Shown: positions 25,712 through 36,219 of the stretch, piece after piece
Layout of the letters: each line of letters starts with the position of its first letter
Position numbering within the stretch: position 1 is the first letter of the stretch
The notes under the pieces: model-generated
What the model was told of the DNA's origin: nothing
What the model saw: the letters and a program-made list of their open reading frames with translations, nothing else
Database searches by the model: none
Assembly: GCA_964618895.1 (NCBI GenBank)
Contig: CAZUDO010000100.1
Coordinates: forward strand, 1,044 to 65,043
Direction of reading: 5' to 3'
Source of the DNA: an uncultured Candidatus Binatia bacterium
GTDB taxonomy: Bacteria > Desulfobacterota > Binatia > DP-6
Length of the DNA stretch: 64,000 nt
Translations under genes and position numbers: made by a program

Positions 25712-27643
25712 ATGGACCGCCCGTCCTTCGAGCAGCTCATCAAAGAAGACCGCGCCACGCAGGAATCGCGCGACTGGCGCGGTTCATTCCTCGAGTACCT
25801 CGACCTCGTCCGCGACGACCCCGCTATCCCGAAGCTGGCCCACGCCCGGCTGTTCGACACCATCATGCGACCCGGGACGCGCGACATCCACGAGTCGGAC
25901 GACGCGCGCGTGAAGCGCCTGTACAAGGACGAGACCCTCAAGGTCTTCACCTTCTTCAGCGACGAGTTCTTCGGCATCGAGCGCACCGTCGCCCAGATCG
26001 TCCGCTACTTCCACTCGGGGTCGCTCAAGGGCGAAGAGAGCCGCCAGGTCCTCTACCTGATGGGCCCGGTCGGCTCGGGGAAGAGCTCTCTGGTCGAGCG
26101 CCTGCAGCGGGGGCTCGAGGGGACCGACCTCTTCTACGCCATCGAAGGCTGCCCGATGTTCGAGGAGCCGCTCCATCTCATCCCGCGGCACTTGCGCAAG
26201 GAGTTCGAGAAGATGCTCGGCGTGCACATGGAGGGCGATCTCTGCCCGGTGTGCCGCTTCCGCCTGAAAGAAGAGTTCGGCGGCCGCTACGAAGAGGTTC
26301 CGGTCGCGGCCCAGTTCTTCTCCAAGCGCAACCGTGTCGGCATCGGCGTCGTCCCGCCGGTCGACCCGAACAACCAGGACACCTCGGTCCTGATCGGTAG
26401 CGAAGACATCTCCAAGCTCGACCTGTTCAGCGAGGGCGACCCGCGCGTCCTCGACCTGAACGGCGCGATCAACGTCGGCAACCGCGGTATGTGCGAGTTC
26501 ATCGAGGTCTTCAAGAACGAAACCGAGTACCTGCACGCGATGATCACCGCCACGCAGGAGAAGGTCATCCCCGCCCCGGGCCGCCACGGCATGGTCTACG
26601 TCGACACCGTTATCGTGGCGCACTCGAACGAAGCCGAGTGGCAGAAGTTCAAGGCCGACCACACCAACGAGGCCATCCTCGACCGCATCGTGGTGGTCAA
26701 GGTGCCGTACAACCTCCGCCTGTCGGAGGAGGTCAAGATCTACCAGAAGATCATCCGCCACTCCGACTTCCGCGCCCACGTCGCCCCGCATACGCTCGAG
26801 ATCGCGTCCATGTTTGCCCTCCTCTCGCGCCTCGAGCCCAACGCCAAGTGCGACCTCATGACCAAGCTCAAGCTCTACAACGGCGAAGAAGTCGTCGAGA
26901 AGGGCAAGACCAAGAAGATCGACGTGCAGGAGCTGCGTGAGGACGCCAAGCGCGAGGGCATGACCGGCATCTCCACGCGCTTCATCATGAAGGCGCTCGA
27001 CAATGCGCTCTCCGACAACGTCGAGGGCAACTGCATCAACCCCATCAACGTGCGCGAGGCCCTCATCAGCATGGTGAAGGAGGCCGATTTCTCCGACGAC
27101 ACCCACAAGCAGCACCTCGAGTTCCTCCAGGACGTGCTCCACAAGGAGTACCTGGAGATGTTGGAGAAGGAGATCACCAAGGCTTTCGTCTACTCCTACC
27201 AGGAGCAGGCCGAGTCGCTGTTCCAGAACTACCTCGATCACGCCGAGGCCTTCGTCAACAAGACCCGCGTGAAGGACCGCAACACCAAGGAAGAGCTGCA
27301 GCCCGACGAGGGCTTCCTCAAGTCCATCGAAGAGCAGATCGCGATCATCGGCTCCGCGGCGGAGGGCTTCCGCCAGGAGGTCATCGCCTACCTGTGGGCG
27401 TCCACCCGCCGCGGCGAGCGTGTATCCTACCGTTCCTACGAGCCGCTAAAAGAGGCGATCGAGAAGAAGCTCATGACGTCGGTGCGGGACATCAGCCGGA
27501 TCATCACCAAGGCGCGCACGCGCGACGAGGAGCAGACCCAGAAGTACAATGTCATGGTGAAGAACCTGCTCGATTCCGGCTACTGCGAGAGCTGCGTCGA
27601 TGTCGTCCTCAAGTACGCCGCCAACAACCTCTGGAAGGACTGA
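25712..27643 (+). CDS. prkA: PrkA family serine protein kinase (AAA+ fold)
   Basis: LYLMGPVGSGKSSLVERL Walker A. Colinear with PrkA over the full 643 aa. Confidence 0.9.
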   Translation: MDRPSFEQLIKEDRATQESRDWRGSFLEYLDLVRDDPAIPKLAHARLFDTIMRPGTRDIHESDDARVKRLYKDETLKVFTFFSDEFFGIERTVAQIVRYFHSGSLKGEESRQVLYLMGPVGSGKSSLVERLQRGLEGTDLFYAIEGCPMFEEPLHLIPRHLRKEFEKMLGVHMEGDLCPVCRFRLKEEFGGRYEEVPVAAQFFSKRNRVGIGVVPPVDPNNQDTSVLIGSEDISKLDLFSEGDPRVLDLNGAINVGNRGMCEFIEVFKNETEYLHAMITATQEKVIPAPGRHGMVYVDTVIVAHSNEAEWQKFKADHTNEAILDRIVVVKVPYNLRLSEEVKIYQKIIRHSDFRAHVAPHTLEIASMFALLSRLEPNAKCDLMTKLKLYNGEEVVEKGKTKKIDVQELREDAKREGMTGISTRFIMKALDNALSDNVEGNCINPINVREALISMVKEADFSDDTHKQHLEFLQDVLHKEYLEMLEKEITKAFVYSYQEQAESLFQNYLDHAEAFVNKTRVKDRNTKEELQPDEGFLKSIEEQIAIIGSAAEGFRQEVIAYLWASTRRGERVSYRSYEPLKEAIEKKLMTSVRDISRIITKARTRDEEQTQKYNVMVKNLLDSGYCESCVDVVLKYAANNLWKD

Positions 27644-27698
27644 CGGGCTGGAGCCGCCCGCCCCTTCCGGCAGGGTTGACCCGATCTTCCGGCCCCCC

Positions 27699-28925
27699 GT
27701 GCCGTCCGGCACGGTCGAGTCGATCTTCCGGCCCTACGTGCCGTCCGACGCCGAGCGCAGCGACCGTTCGGCCGGGGACCGCGCCCGCCACCGCGCCAAA
27801 GTGCGGGAGTCCATCCGCGACAACATCGCCGATATCATCGCGGAGGAATCCATCATCGGGAAGGCCCGCGGCAAGATCATCAAGGTCCCGATCCGCGGCA
27901 TCCGCGAGTACAAGTTCGTCTACGGCGACAATACCCCCGGCGTCGGGCAGGGGAACGGCGACACGCAGACGGGCGAAGTGGTGGGCAAGGCCCGCCAGCA
28001 GGGCCAGGGCACGGATCGCGCCGGCGACCAGCCGGGGAGCGACTACTACGAGACCGACGTCACGCTGGAGGAGCTGATCGAGATCATGTTCCAGGATCTC
28101 GAGCTGCCCGACATGGAACGCAAGGCGATGCGGCAGATCGAGTCCATCCGCACCGCGAAACGGAAGGGCTACCGCCAGGTTGGCATCCGCGTCCGCCTCG
28201 ACAAGCGGCGCACCGTGCGCGAGCGTGCCCGGCGCAAGCTGGCAAGCCGCCGGCACCGGGCGCTCGCCGCCTTCGGCCCGCCGGGGTCGGCGACCCCTGT
28301 CGCGCCGCCCCGCGAACGCTTCCCCTTCCACGAGGACGACCTGGTCTACCGGCACATGATCACCGACGTGAGAAAGGAGTCGAATGCGGTGGTCCTGTGC
28401 GTGATGGACACGTCGGGCTCGATGGACACCATGAAGAAGTACCTCGCCCGGAGCTTCTTCTTCCTGCTCTACCAGTTCATCTGCACCAAGTACCGCAACG
28501 TCGAGATCGTCTTCATCGCGCACCACACCGAAGCGAGCGAGGTGTCCGAAAGCGAGTTCTTCCACAAGGGAGAATCCGGCGGAACCTTCATCTCGTCCGG
28601 CTACCTGCGTGCGCTCGAGATCATCCAGGCGCGCTATCACCCGTCGCTGTGGAACATCTACGCCTTCCACTGCTCGGACGGCGACAACTTCGACTCCGAC
28701 AACCCCGCCGCGCTGCGTGCCGCCAAGGAGCTGGCGGAGGTGTGCAACCTGTTCGGCTACGGCGAGATCAAACCGCTCGGTTCGCGCTACTACGAGAGCT
28801 CGATGCTCAACATCTTCCGCCGCCTCGACGCCGAGAACTTCCAGACCGTCCTCATCGAACGCAAGGAGGACGTCTGGCCCTCCTTCAAGGCGTTCTTGGC
28901 CAAGGACCGCGGCCGGAACGACTGA
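27699..28925 (+). CDS. yeaH: DUF444 (YeaH/YhbH) family protein with a vWA-like domain
   Basis: VVLCVMDTSGSMDTMKKYLARSFFFLLY (vWA MIDAS-like). Conserved prkA-yeaH-spoVR gene order. Start uncertain (GTG 27699 chosen). Confidence 0.8.
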   Translation: MPSGTVESIFRPYVPSDAERSDRSAGDRARHRAKVRESIRDNIADIIAEESIIGKARGKIIKVPIRGIREYKFVYGDNTPGVGQGNGDTQTGEVVGKARQQGQGTDRAGDQPGSDYYETDVTLEELIEIMFQDLELPDMERKAMRQIESIRTAKRKGYRQVGIRVRLDKRRTVRERARRKLASRRHRALAAFGPPGSATPVAPPRERFPFHEDDLVYRHMITDVRKESNAVVLCVMDTSGSMDTMKKYLARSFFFLLYQFICTKYRNVEIVFIAHHTEASEVSESEFFHKGESGGTFISSGYLRALEIIQARYHPSLWNIYAFHCSDGDNFDSDNPAALRAAKELAEVCNLFGYGEIKPLGSRYYESSMLNIFRRLDAENFQTVLIERKEDVWPSFKAFLAKDRGRND

Positions 28926-28929
28926 GCCC

Positions 28930-30357
28930 GTGGCCTCCTACACCGCGAAAGACCTCGAGTACTGGGACGCGCGCATCCGCGAGCAGGTCGCTGCCATGGG
29001 GCTCGACTGCTTCCCGCAGGAGTTCGAGGTCTGCGACCACACCCAGATGCTCGGCTACATGGCCTACTCGGGCATGCCGTCGCACTACCCGCACTGGTCG
29101 TACGGCAAGGCCTACGAGAAGCTGAAGACCCTCTACGACTACGGCGTGTCGGGCATTCCGTACGAGATGGTCATCAACTCGAACCCGTCGCTGGCCTACC
29201 TGATACGCGACAACTCGCTCTGCCTGCAGATCCTCACCATCGCGCACGTGTACGGGCACAACGACTTCTTCAAGAACAATTTCACTTTCCGCACCACGCG
29301 CCCCGAGTTTACGATCGGCACCTTCAAGGCGCATGCCGACCGCGTGCGCCGCTACGTCGACACTCCGAGTATCGGCATCGACAAAGTCGAGGGGTTGCTC
29401 GACGCGGCCCATGCGTTGTCGCTCCAGTGCCGGCGGAACCTGTCCGTGCGCAAGCTGACGGAAGAGGAGGACCGCGACCGCCTGGTGGACGCCGCCACTC
29501 CACCGCCGGACCCCTTCCAGGCCATCCATCGCCGCCAGCAGATGGTCGAGCCCGACTTGCGTCGCATCCCCCCCTCGCCAGAAGAAGACCTGCTGATCTT
29601 CATCCGCGACCATAACCCGTTCCTGGCCGAGTGGGAGAAGGACCTCCTGACCATCGTCCACGAGCAGGCGCAGTACTTCATCCCCCAGATCGAGACCAAG
29701 ATCATGAACGAGGGTTGGGCGAGCTTCGTCCACAAGCGCATCCTCGACGCCCTCGAACTGCCCCAGGAGCTGCACCTCGAGTTTCTGGTCCGCCATAACC
29801 AGGTCGTGCGGCCCATTCCCGGCGGCCTCAACCCCTACCATCTCGGCCTCCGTGCCTGGGAAGACATCGAGCGACGGGGCGACCACCCTACCCCCGAGGA
29901 GCATGAGAACCTGCGGCCGGGGACAACGGGGCGGGCCCTGCTGTTCCAGACGCGCGAGGTCGACCGGGACGCGTCCTTCCTGCGCCGCTGGCTGCACGAG
30001 GACCTCATGCGTGAGCTCGACATCTTCCGCTTCGAGCCCAAGGGCGACGACCTGGTGGTGAGCGACGTGTCCAACCAGGACGGCTGGCGCCAGGTCCGGG
30101 AGACCCTCGTCCGCAGCGTCGGCATGGGCACCATCCCCGTGATCCGGGTCGAGGACGCCGACCACAACCACTCTCGCACCCTCCTCCTGTCGCACGCACA
30201 CGACGGCCGCGACCTGCATCTCGAGTACGCCGAGCGGACGCTGGCCTACGTCCATCGGCTGTGGGGCCGGGATGTCGCCCTCGACACCGTGGTCAACAGC
30301 AAGCGCACGTCGCTCACCTACGGCGAGCGCGGATTCTCCGCCAAGGCGAGCAAATAG
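28930..30357 (+). CDS. spoVR: SpoVR family protein
   Basis: DLEYWDARIREQVAAMGLD...AYSGMPSHYPHWSYGKAYE...AHVYGHNDFFKNN. GTG start at 28930. Confidence 0.85.
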   Translation: MASYTAKDLEYWDARIREQVAAMGLDCFPQEFEVCDHTQMLGYMAYSGMPSHYPHWSYGKAYEKLKTLYDYGVSGIPYEMVINSNPSLAYLIRDNSLCLQILTIAHVYGHNDFFKNNFTFRTTRPEFTIGTFKAHADRVRRYVDTPSIGIDKVEGLLDAAHALSLQCRRNLSVRKLTEEEDRDRLVDAATPPPDPFQAIHRRQQMVEPDLRRIPPSPEEDLLIFIRDHNPFLAEWEKDLLTIVHEQAQYFIPQIETKIMNEGWASFVHKRILDALELPQELHLEFLVRHNQVVRPIPGGLNPYHLGLRAWEDIERRGDHPTPEEHENLRPGTTGRALLFQTREVDRDASFLRRWLHEDLMRELDIFRFEPKGDDLVVSDVSNQDGWRQVRETLVRSVGMGTIPVIRVEDADHNHSRTLLLSHAHDGRDLHLEYAERTLAYVHRLWGRDVALDTVVNSKRTSLTYGERGFSAKASK

Positions 30358-30420
30358 CCTTCGGGGGCCCGCCGCCCCGGCCTTCCCCTGCCGTTCGCAC
30401 GCGCTATAATCGTCCGCGCC

Positions 30421-30777
30421 ATGCCGATCTACGAGTACCGCTGCGAAGACTGCCGCAAGAAGGTGACCGTGCTCACGCTGCGCGCCAGCGCGGCCGTCGA
30501 CGCGACCTGCGAGCACTGCGGCGGACGGAACCTCACGCGACTCATGTCGCGCTTCGCCATGCTGCGCTCCGACGACGCCCGACTCGACGACCTGACCGAT
30601 CCGTCGTCGCTCGGGGGCGTCGACGAGCAGGACCCCAAGAGCATGGCACGCTGGATGCGGAAGATGGGGCGTGAGCTCGGTGACGACGCCGGCGACGACT
30701 TCGACGAGATGGTCGACGAGCTAGAGGACGGGGACGACGACGGCGAGGCGCCGGCGGGTGGCGAGGACGACCTCTAG
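30421..30777 (+). CDS. FmdB-family zinc-ribbon protein with an acidic C-terminal tail
   Basis: MPIYEYRCEDCRKKVTVL...CEHCGG (CxxC...CxxC). Asp/Glu-rich tail. Confidence 0.75.
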   Translation: MPIYEYRCEDCRKKVTVLTLRASAAVDATCEHCGGRNLTRLMSRFAMLRSDDARLDDLTDPSSLGGVDEQDPKSMARWMRKMGRELGDDAGDDFDEMVDELEDGDDDGEAPAGGEDDL

Positions 30778-31870
30778 TGCCCCACGCCCGCCGTGGGCCG
30801 ACGTGCTCGCCAGCATCGAGGACGGCATCATCGTCCTCGACGCGAGCGGGCGGATCGCCGACGTGAATCCGGCCGCGGAGCAGTTGCTGGGCGTCTCCGC
30901 CGCGGTAGCGCTCGGCAGCGACCTCGATACCCTCTGTCCGAACGCCCCCTGGATCGCCAAGATGGCGCACGGCGCGCTTGGCGACTCCGCCACCCAGCAC
31001 CGGGGCGAGGGGGCGTTTCGCGGGCGCGGACGCGACGTGCCCCTGCGCGTAGGCTGCGCGCCGGTGGTCGACGCCGGGGGGGCGGCGCGTGGCGCGGTCG
31101 TCGTCCTGCACGACTTGACGCTCCAGCGCACACTGGACATGACCACGCGACGCGCCGAACGCCTGGACGCGCTCGGCACCGTCGCGCGCGGCCTGGCACA
31201 CGAGATCCGCAACCCGCTCGGTGGCATCAAGGGCGCCGCCCAGCTGATCCGCGGCGCGGTCGACGACCCCGAGCTGCACCACTGCACCGACATCATCGTG
31301 CGCGAAGTCGAACGGCTCGACGGCCTGGTGGAGCAGCTGCGCGAGCTGTCCACCCCGCCGCGCCTCCAGCTCGGGCCGGTCAACATCTACCGCGTGCTGA
31401 ACGACGTGATCGCCCTCGAACGTCAAGGACCGCGTTGGGGCACGGTCCGTCTGCGGACCGTCTTCGATCCGAGCCTGCCCGCGGTCCTGGGCGACCGCGC
31501 GCAGCTGACCCAGGTCTTCCTCAATCTGGTGAAGAACGCCCTCGAGGCCCTGGCCGGAACCGGCGAGCTCGCGCTGTCGACCAGCATCGAAATACGCTAC
31601 CGGGTGCGTCGGGGCGGGGCACGCGGACGGTTCCTCTCCGTCCTGATCGAAGACGACGGCCCGGGCGTCGCCGAGGCAGACCAGTCCCAGCTGTTCTCGC
31701 CCTTCTTCTCCACCAAACCCCGGGGTACCGGCCTGGGTCTCGCCGTCTGCCACCGCATCGTCAGCGAGCATGGCGGCACCATCACCCACGAAGGCCGCGC
31801 CCCGCGGGGCGCGGCCTTCCGTGTCACCCTTCCCGCCACTGAGGACGATGGGGCAGCTGCCACCCGATAA
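30758..31870 (+). CDS. PAS-domain sensor histidine kinase (NtrB-like)
   Basis: PAS segment IIVLDASGRIADVNPAAEQLLG. H-box LAHEIRNPLGGIKGAAQLI. HATPase N/G boxes (LVKNALEAL, GTGLGLAVC). Confidence 0.8.
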   Translation: MARTTSSAPRPPWADVLASIEDGIIVLDASGRIADVNPAAEQLLGVSAAVALGSDLDTLCPNAPWIAKMAHGALGDSATQHRGEGAFRGRGRDVPLRVGCAPVVDAGGAARGAVVVLHDLTLQRTLDMTTRRAERLDALGTVARGLAHEIRNPLGGIKGAAQLIRGAVDDPELHHCTDIIVREVERLDGLVEQLRELSTPPRLQLGPVNIYRVLNDVIALERQGPRWGTVRLRTVFDPSLPAVLGDRAQLTQVFLNLVKNALEALAGTGELALSTSIEIRYRVRRGGARGRFLSVLIEDDGPGVAEADQSQLFSPFFSTKPRGTGLGLAVCHRIVSEHGGTITHEGRAPRGAAFRVTLPATEDDGAAATR

Positions 31871-33311
31871 GCCGGGCGCCACGGCACCCGGGCGGATCCT
31901 GATCGCCGACGACGAGGAGTCCATCCGCTGGGTCCTGGAGCGGGCCTGCGCACAGCACGGGCATACCGTCACCAGCGTCGGCAGCGGCACCGAGGCCCTC
32001 GCCGCCCTGCGCGCAAACCCGTTCGACCTGGCGGTGATCGACATCAAGATGCCCGACCTCTCCGGACTCGACGTGCTCAGCCGCGCCCGCGAGGAGCAGA
32101 TCGACACGCTGATCATCGTAATGACGGCACAGAACACGATGGGGAACGCCATCGAAGCAACCAAACGCGGCGCGTACGATTACCTGACCAAGCCCTTCGA
32201 CCTCGACCAGGTGGCGTTCCTCGTCGGGCGCGCCCTGGAGCTGCGCCGCCTCACCCGCGATCTCGAGCGCCTGCGCGGCGAGCTGCAGCAGCGGTACGAG
32301 CTGGTCATCGGGCGCGCTCCCGCCATGCAGGAGGTCTACAAGCTGATCGGCCGGGTGGCGCCGACGGACGCGACCGTGCTCATCCAGGGCGAGACGGGAA
32401 CCGGCAAGGAGCTGGTCGCCAAGACCATCCACTACCACTCGGCCCGTAACGGGCCGTTCATGGCCCTCAACTGCTCCGCCATCCCGAACGAGCTCCTCGA
32501 GAGCGAGCTCTTCGGCTACGAGCGCGGGGCGTTCACCGGCGCCGGCGTGCGCCGCATCGGCAAGTTCGAGGCCGCGGCCGGCGGGACGCTCTTCCTCGAC
32601 GAGATCGCGGACATGCCGCTCGCGCTGCAGGCGAAGCTCCTGCGCGTTCTCCAGGAGCGCGAGTTCACGCGCGTAGGCGGGCGTGAACCCATCCGCGCCA
32701 ACGTGCGCATCGTGGCCGCCTCGAACCAGGATATCGAGGCCGCGGTCCGGGACGCCCGCTTTCGCGAGGACCTGTTCTTCCGCTTGAACGTGGTGCGCAT
32801 CTGCGTCCCGCCGCTGCGCGATCGCCGGGGCGACATCCCGGAGCTGATCGAGTTCTTCATCGACAAGGTGAACCGCGATCTCGGCACGACCATCGTCGGC
32901 GTGAGCGACGACGCCCGCGCCATACTCATGCGGCACAGCTGGCCGGGCAACGTCCGCGAGCTCGAGAACGCGCTCCTGCGCGCCGCCGTGCTCGCCCGCG
33001 GACGCTCGCTGGTCGCAGAGGACTTTGCGTTGGCCGGCCAGCCGCGCGAGGCGCCGGCCGCCGCCCTCCCCCTAGAGGACGCCGTCCGCGCGCGCCTCTC
33101 GGAGCTGCTGGCGGCCGATGCCGCCACGCCAGTCAGCGACCTCTACGCCACGCTCATCGGGGTGGTCGAGCGCCCCCTCATCGAGGTGGTCCTGGAACGG
33201 ACCGGGGGCAACCAGGTGCGGGCCGCCGACATGCTCGGCATCAACCGCAACACCCTCCGGAAGAAGATCACCGACCTCCGCATCGCGATCCGCCGCGGGC
33301 CGGTATCGTGA
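31848..33311 (+). CDS. Sigma-54-dependent response regulator (NtrC/Fis family)
   Basis: Receiver [11 protein letters not shown]...[17 protein letters not shown]+ [30 protein letters not shown] (GAFTGA). C-terminal Fis [23 protein letters not shown]. Confidence 0.9.
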   Translation: MGQLPPDKPGATAPGRILIADDEESIRWVLERACAQHGHTVTSVGSGTEALAALRANPFDLAVIDIKMPDLSGLDVLSRAREEQIDTLIIVMTAQNTMGNAIEATKRGAYDYLTKPFDLDQVAFLVGRALELRRLTRDLERLRGELQQRYELVIGRAPAMQEVYKLIGRVAPTDATVLIQGETGTGKELVAKTIHYHSARNGPFMALNCSAIPNELLESELFGYERGAFTGAGVRRIGKFEAAAGGTLFLDEIADMPLALQAKLLRVLQEREFTRVGGREPIRANVRIVAASNQDIEAAVRDARFREDLFFRLNVVRICVPPLRDRRGDIPELIEFFIDKVNRDLGTTIVGVSDDARAILMRHSWPGNVRELENALLRAAVLARGRSLVAEDFALAGQPREAPAAALPLEDAVRARLSELLAADAATPVSDLYATLIGVVERPLIEVVLERTGGNQVRAADMLGINRNTLRKKITDLRIAIRRGPVS

Positions 33312-33931
33312 GCCGGCTGGCACTCCCGCCGCTGTACGCCATCGTCGACCCGCTCGAGACCGGCCAGGATCCGGTGACGCTGGCGGCGGCGTTCCTGGCC
33401 GGCGGCGCCCGCCTCATCCAGCTCCGCTGGAAGGGCGCCAGCAGCCGCGAGCTGGTCGCGGCAGCCACCGCCATCCGGGCCTGGGCGACTGCGGCACGCG
33501 CCCTGTTCCTGGTCAACGATCGTCCCGACATCGCCCGCGCCGTCGGCGCCGATGGCGTCCACCTCGGTCAGGACGACCTGCCGCTCGCGGCCGCACGCCG
33601 CATACTCGGCCCGGGGCCCGTGATCGGGATATCCACGCACTCCGTCGACGAGGCGCGGGCGGCCCACGCGAGCGGTGCCGACTACCTTGGCATCGGTCCG
33701 GTCTATGCCACCGCGAGCAAGAGCGATGCTTTGACGCCCCGCGGGCTCGATCTCGTCCGGGCCGTGCGTATTGCCGTGCCCGTGCCGCTGGTCGCCATCG
33801 GCGGGATCACCGCCGCAACCGCCCCGGGCGTGCTGGCGGCGGGTGCCGACGCCGTGGCCATGATCGCCGGCTTGGTGCGAACCGCCGATCCTGCCGCGGC
33901 TGTCGGGACCGTACTCGCCCGTCTGGGGTGA
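33308..33931 (+). CDS. thiE: Thiamine-phosphate synthase
   Basis: LYAIVDP...IQLRWKG...VNDRPDIARAVGADGVHLGQDDLP...DYLGIGPVYAT...GGI. ATGA overlap with the regulator stop. Confidence 0.85.
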   Translation: MSRLALPPLYAIVDPLETGQDPVTLAAAFLAGGARLIQLRWKGASSRELVAAATAIRAWATAARALFLVNDRPDIARAVGADGVHLGQDDLPLAAARRILGPGPVIGISTHSVDEARAAHASGADYLGIGPVYATASKSDALTPRGLDLVRAVRIAVPVPLVAIGGITAATAPGVLAAGADAVAMIAGLVRTADPAAAVGTVLARLG

Positions 33932-33955
33932 GGGGACCGGCCGGTCACCCGGCTC

Positions 33956-36061
33956 TTACTCCTCCTCCTCCTCGATATGCTCCACGTCGAGGAAGGTTCC
34001 CAGAGGGGGGAGGCCGATGTCGTGCCGCCCCTTCTCGCCGACCGCGGGGACCTCGAGCAGGTCGTCGCACGCCTGGATGCCGGTCACGCACTCGAGCACC
34101 GAGTGGTCACCCGCATGCCCGTTCGGAACGAATATCTGCGGGCGGTCGAACGGCGCGCGCTCCTTACGCACGCGCTCGTCGGTCAGGCTGAGCAGGAACT
34201 CGACCAGCGGCTCCTCATCCTCCTCCTCGACCGCGATGCGCGCGATCTGCCGGTCGAGATCCGCGAGGTTCTCGTTGCTGAAGTCCCCCTGGCGGTCGTA
34301 GAATTCTACGATCTGCGTCAGGGTCACCTGCCCGCCGTTATGGAAGTACGGGCCGGTCAGCGCGACGTTGCGGAGGCCGGGCACCTTGAACGCCCCGTCG
34401 ACCGACACGCGGTCGCCAACGGGACACAGTTCCTCGTCGAGCCCCCCGCACCCGGGCAGCTCCGGGGCGAAGTCGAACCCGAGGAGCTGCTGGCGCACGA
34501 ACGACAACGGCTTGCCCGCCTCCATCCCGCCGCGCCCCAGGTCCTCTGCCGTCGGCCGCACGCCGATATTGGAGAACCCGTTGTCGAGGAAGGTGGTCAA
34601 CGGTCCGATCACCAGCGTGCCGGCCATGAGCTCGGGCGTCTCCTCGACTTCGATCAACTCGAGCTCGTCGTCTTCGACCAGGTTGCCGACCGCGGCGTCG
34701 GTCAACTCGGGCCCGCCGTGGCAGCTCACGCAGTTTCCGACACCGACATCCTCGAAGATGGGATCGTCCGACGCGCCGGGCCCTTGATTGATGAAGGCGA
34801 GGAGTCCGCGCAACTGCTCCTGGCTCAGCTGGTCGTTCTGCCCCTCCATGAACTTGTCGAACGGCGTCCGATCGGCCACCAGCGTGCTCTCGTACATCTG
34901 CACCGCGACGCCGAAGAACAGGCTGAAGTTGCTCTCCATCTGCGTATAGCCCTCGTCCAGCTCGGTCGACTCCCAGTACTTCTTCTTGAACGCTGTCCGG
35001 ATCAACGTCCGGTACGAGGTCGTGATCCCCGTACGGCCAACGGCCCGTCCGTTCCGCAGGCTCGCCCGTGACAGGGGTCCGAGAGCGCCGTCCTTGGGGT
35101 GCACCAACTGGAGTCCCAGAGGCCGCAGGCCGAGCAGCTTCCGGCCCACGTCACGGAACGGCCGGTTGAAGAACGACATCTCCAGGTCGCTCCCCGGCGG
35201 CCCGACCGCCTGCGAGGCCAGGCTCGAGTTGTTGAGGCGGATCGCCCGCCGCACCAGCGTGCCGTTGTCGAGCACCAGAACGGTCGCGCCCTCGTCCAGC
35301 GGCCCGAGCGGGCTCACGCCGTTGAACTCGTTGTGCGCTCGCCCGTCCCAGAAGTTCGCGAAGTTGAAGACCGCGTTGATCATCGTGGGCGTGTTGCGTG
35401 GTTCGACCCGGCGCACGTTCATCCCGCCGACGTTGAAGATCCCGTCGGCGAACGGGACGCCGAGGTCACCGGGTTGCCCCGGAAGGACGCCGGAAAAGTT
35501 GGCGTTGAACACGCCCTGCGAGGACACCACGTCGTCGCTGTCATGTAGCACCGTGGAGGTCCGGTCCTCGGGCTCCTCCAGCTGGTGGAACGGAAAGTCC
35601 TCCGGGCTGAGCTCGTAGTTCGGTCCACCGTCGCCGGTCGGGGTCGGGTCGAAGACCTCGCGCATCAGGGGATTGGTGTGCTTGAGCCCCGGGCTCAGCT
35701 GGTTCTTGGCCCGACTGTCGGCACCGGCGTGGAAGTGACACGTTCCGCAGGCCTGCCCGTCACTCCCGACCTGCATGTCCCAGAACAGCGCCTTGCCGAG
35801 CCGAGTCGCGGCCAGCCGGGCCTCGCTCCCGTCCCGCAGGACCTCGTCCAGGTTGTCCGGGGCAGGCACCTCCACGCGGTGCAGCGACCCGAGACCGGCA
35901 GCCACCGCAGCGCGCCTGACCTGGCCCGGCGCGAGCTGCTCCTGGGCCGAGGCCTCGACAGCCCCGAGGACAACGCCAAGCGATAGGCCGGCCACTGGGA
36001 GCAGCCGCTTCGCTTCGTCCATGAACCTGCGTATCCGGAGTCCACTCGATGCATTCGTCAT
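33956..36061 (-). CDS. Large di-haem cytochrome c peroxidase family protein (secreted)
   Basis: Two CxxCH haem motifs (CGTCHF, CVSCHGG). Signal peptide. About 700 aa, roughly twice the size of a typical CCP/MauG. Confidence 0.8.
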   Translation of the reverse strand: MTNASSGLRIRRFMDEAKRLLPVAGLSLGVVLGAVEASAQEQLAPGQVRRAAVAAGLGSLHRVEVPAPDNLDEVLRDGSEARLAATRLGKALFWDMQVGSDGQACGTCHFHAGADSRAKNQLSPGLKHTNPLMREVFDPTPTGDGGPNYELSPEDFPFHQLEEPEDRTSTVLHDSDDVVSSQGVFNANFSGVLPGQPGDLGVPFADGIFNVGGMNVRRVEPRNTPTMINAVFNFANFWDGRAHNEFNGVSPLGPLDEGATVLVLDNGTLVRRAIRLNNSSLASQAVGPPGSDLEMSFFNRPFRDVGRKLLGLRPLGLQLVHPKDGALGPLSRASLRNGRAVGRTGITTSYRTLIRTAFKKKYWESTELDEGYTQMESNFSLFFGVAVQMYESTLVADRTPFDKFMEGQNDQLSQEQLRGLLAFINQGPGASDDPIFEDVGVGNCVSCHGGPELTDAAVGNLVEDDELELIEVEETPELMAGTLVIGPLTTFLDNGFSNIGVRPTAEDLGRGGMEAGKPLSFVRQQLLGFDFAPELPGCGGLDEELCPVGDRVSVDGAFKVPGLRNVALTGPYFHNGGQVTLTQIVEFYDRQGDFSNENLADLDRQIARIAVEEEDEEPLVEFLLSLTDERVRKERAPFDRPQIFVPNGHAGDHSVLECVTGIQACDDLLEVPAVGEKGRHDIGLPPLGTFLDVEHIEEEEE

Positions 36062-36143
36062 GTCGTCCTCACTTTGCGCTTGGCTGTCGTGTAGCCGTTC
36101 CCGCCGCCCTCGCATCACGGGGCACAGCATGATGCAGCATTCT

Positions 36144-36179
36144 TAGATTCTGCTGAGTTCTGGATTAGATTCTGCTGAG
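36144..36179. promoter_or_regulatory. Tandem direct repeat TAGATTCTGCTGAG x2 (22-nt period) in the AT-rich promoter region of the peroxidase gene
   Basis: Exact 14-nt copies at 36144-36157 and 36166-36179. Local AT-rich island between the peroxidase start and the histidine kinase stop. Confidence 0.35.
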
Positions 36180-36219
36180 AAACGCCCGGGGCTTTCCGCC
36201 TGAACCGTGCGGGCTTTCC

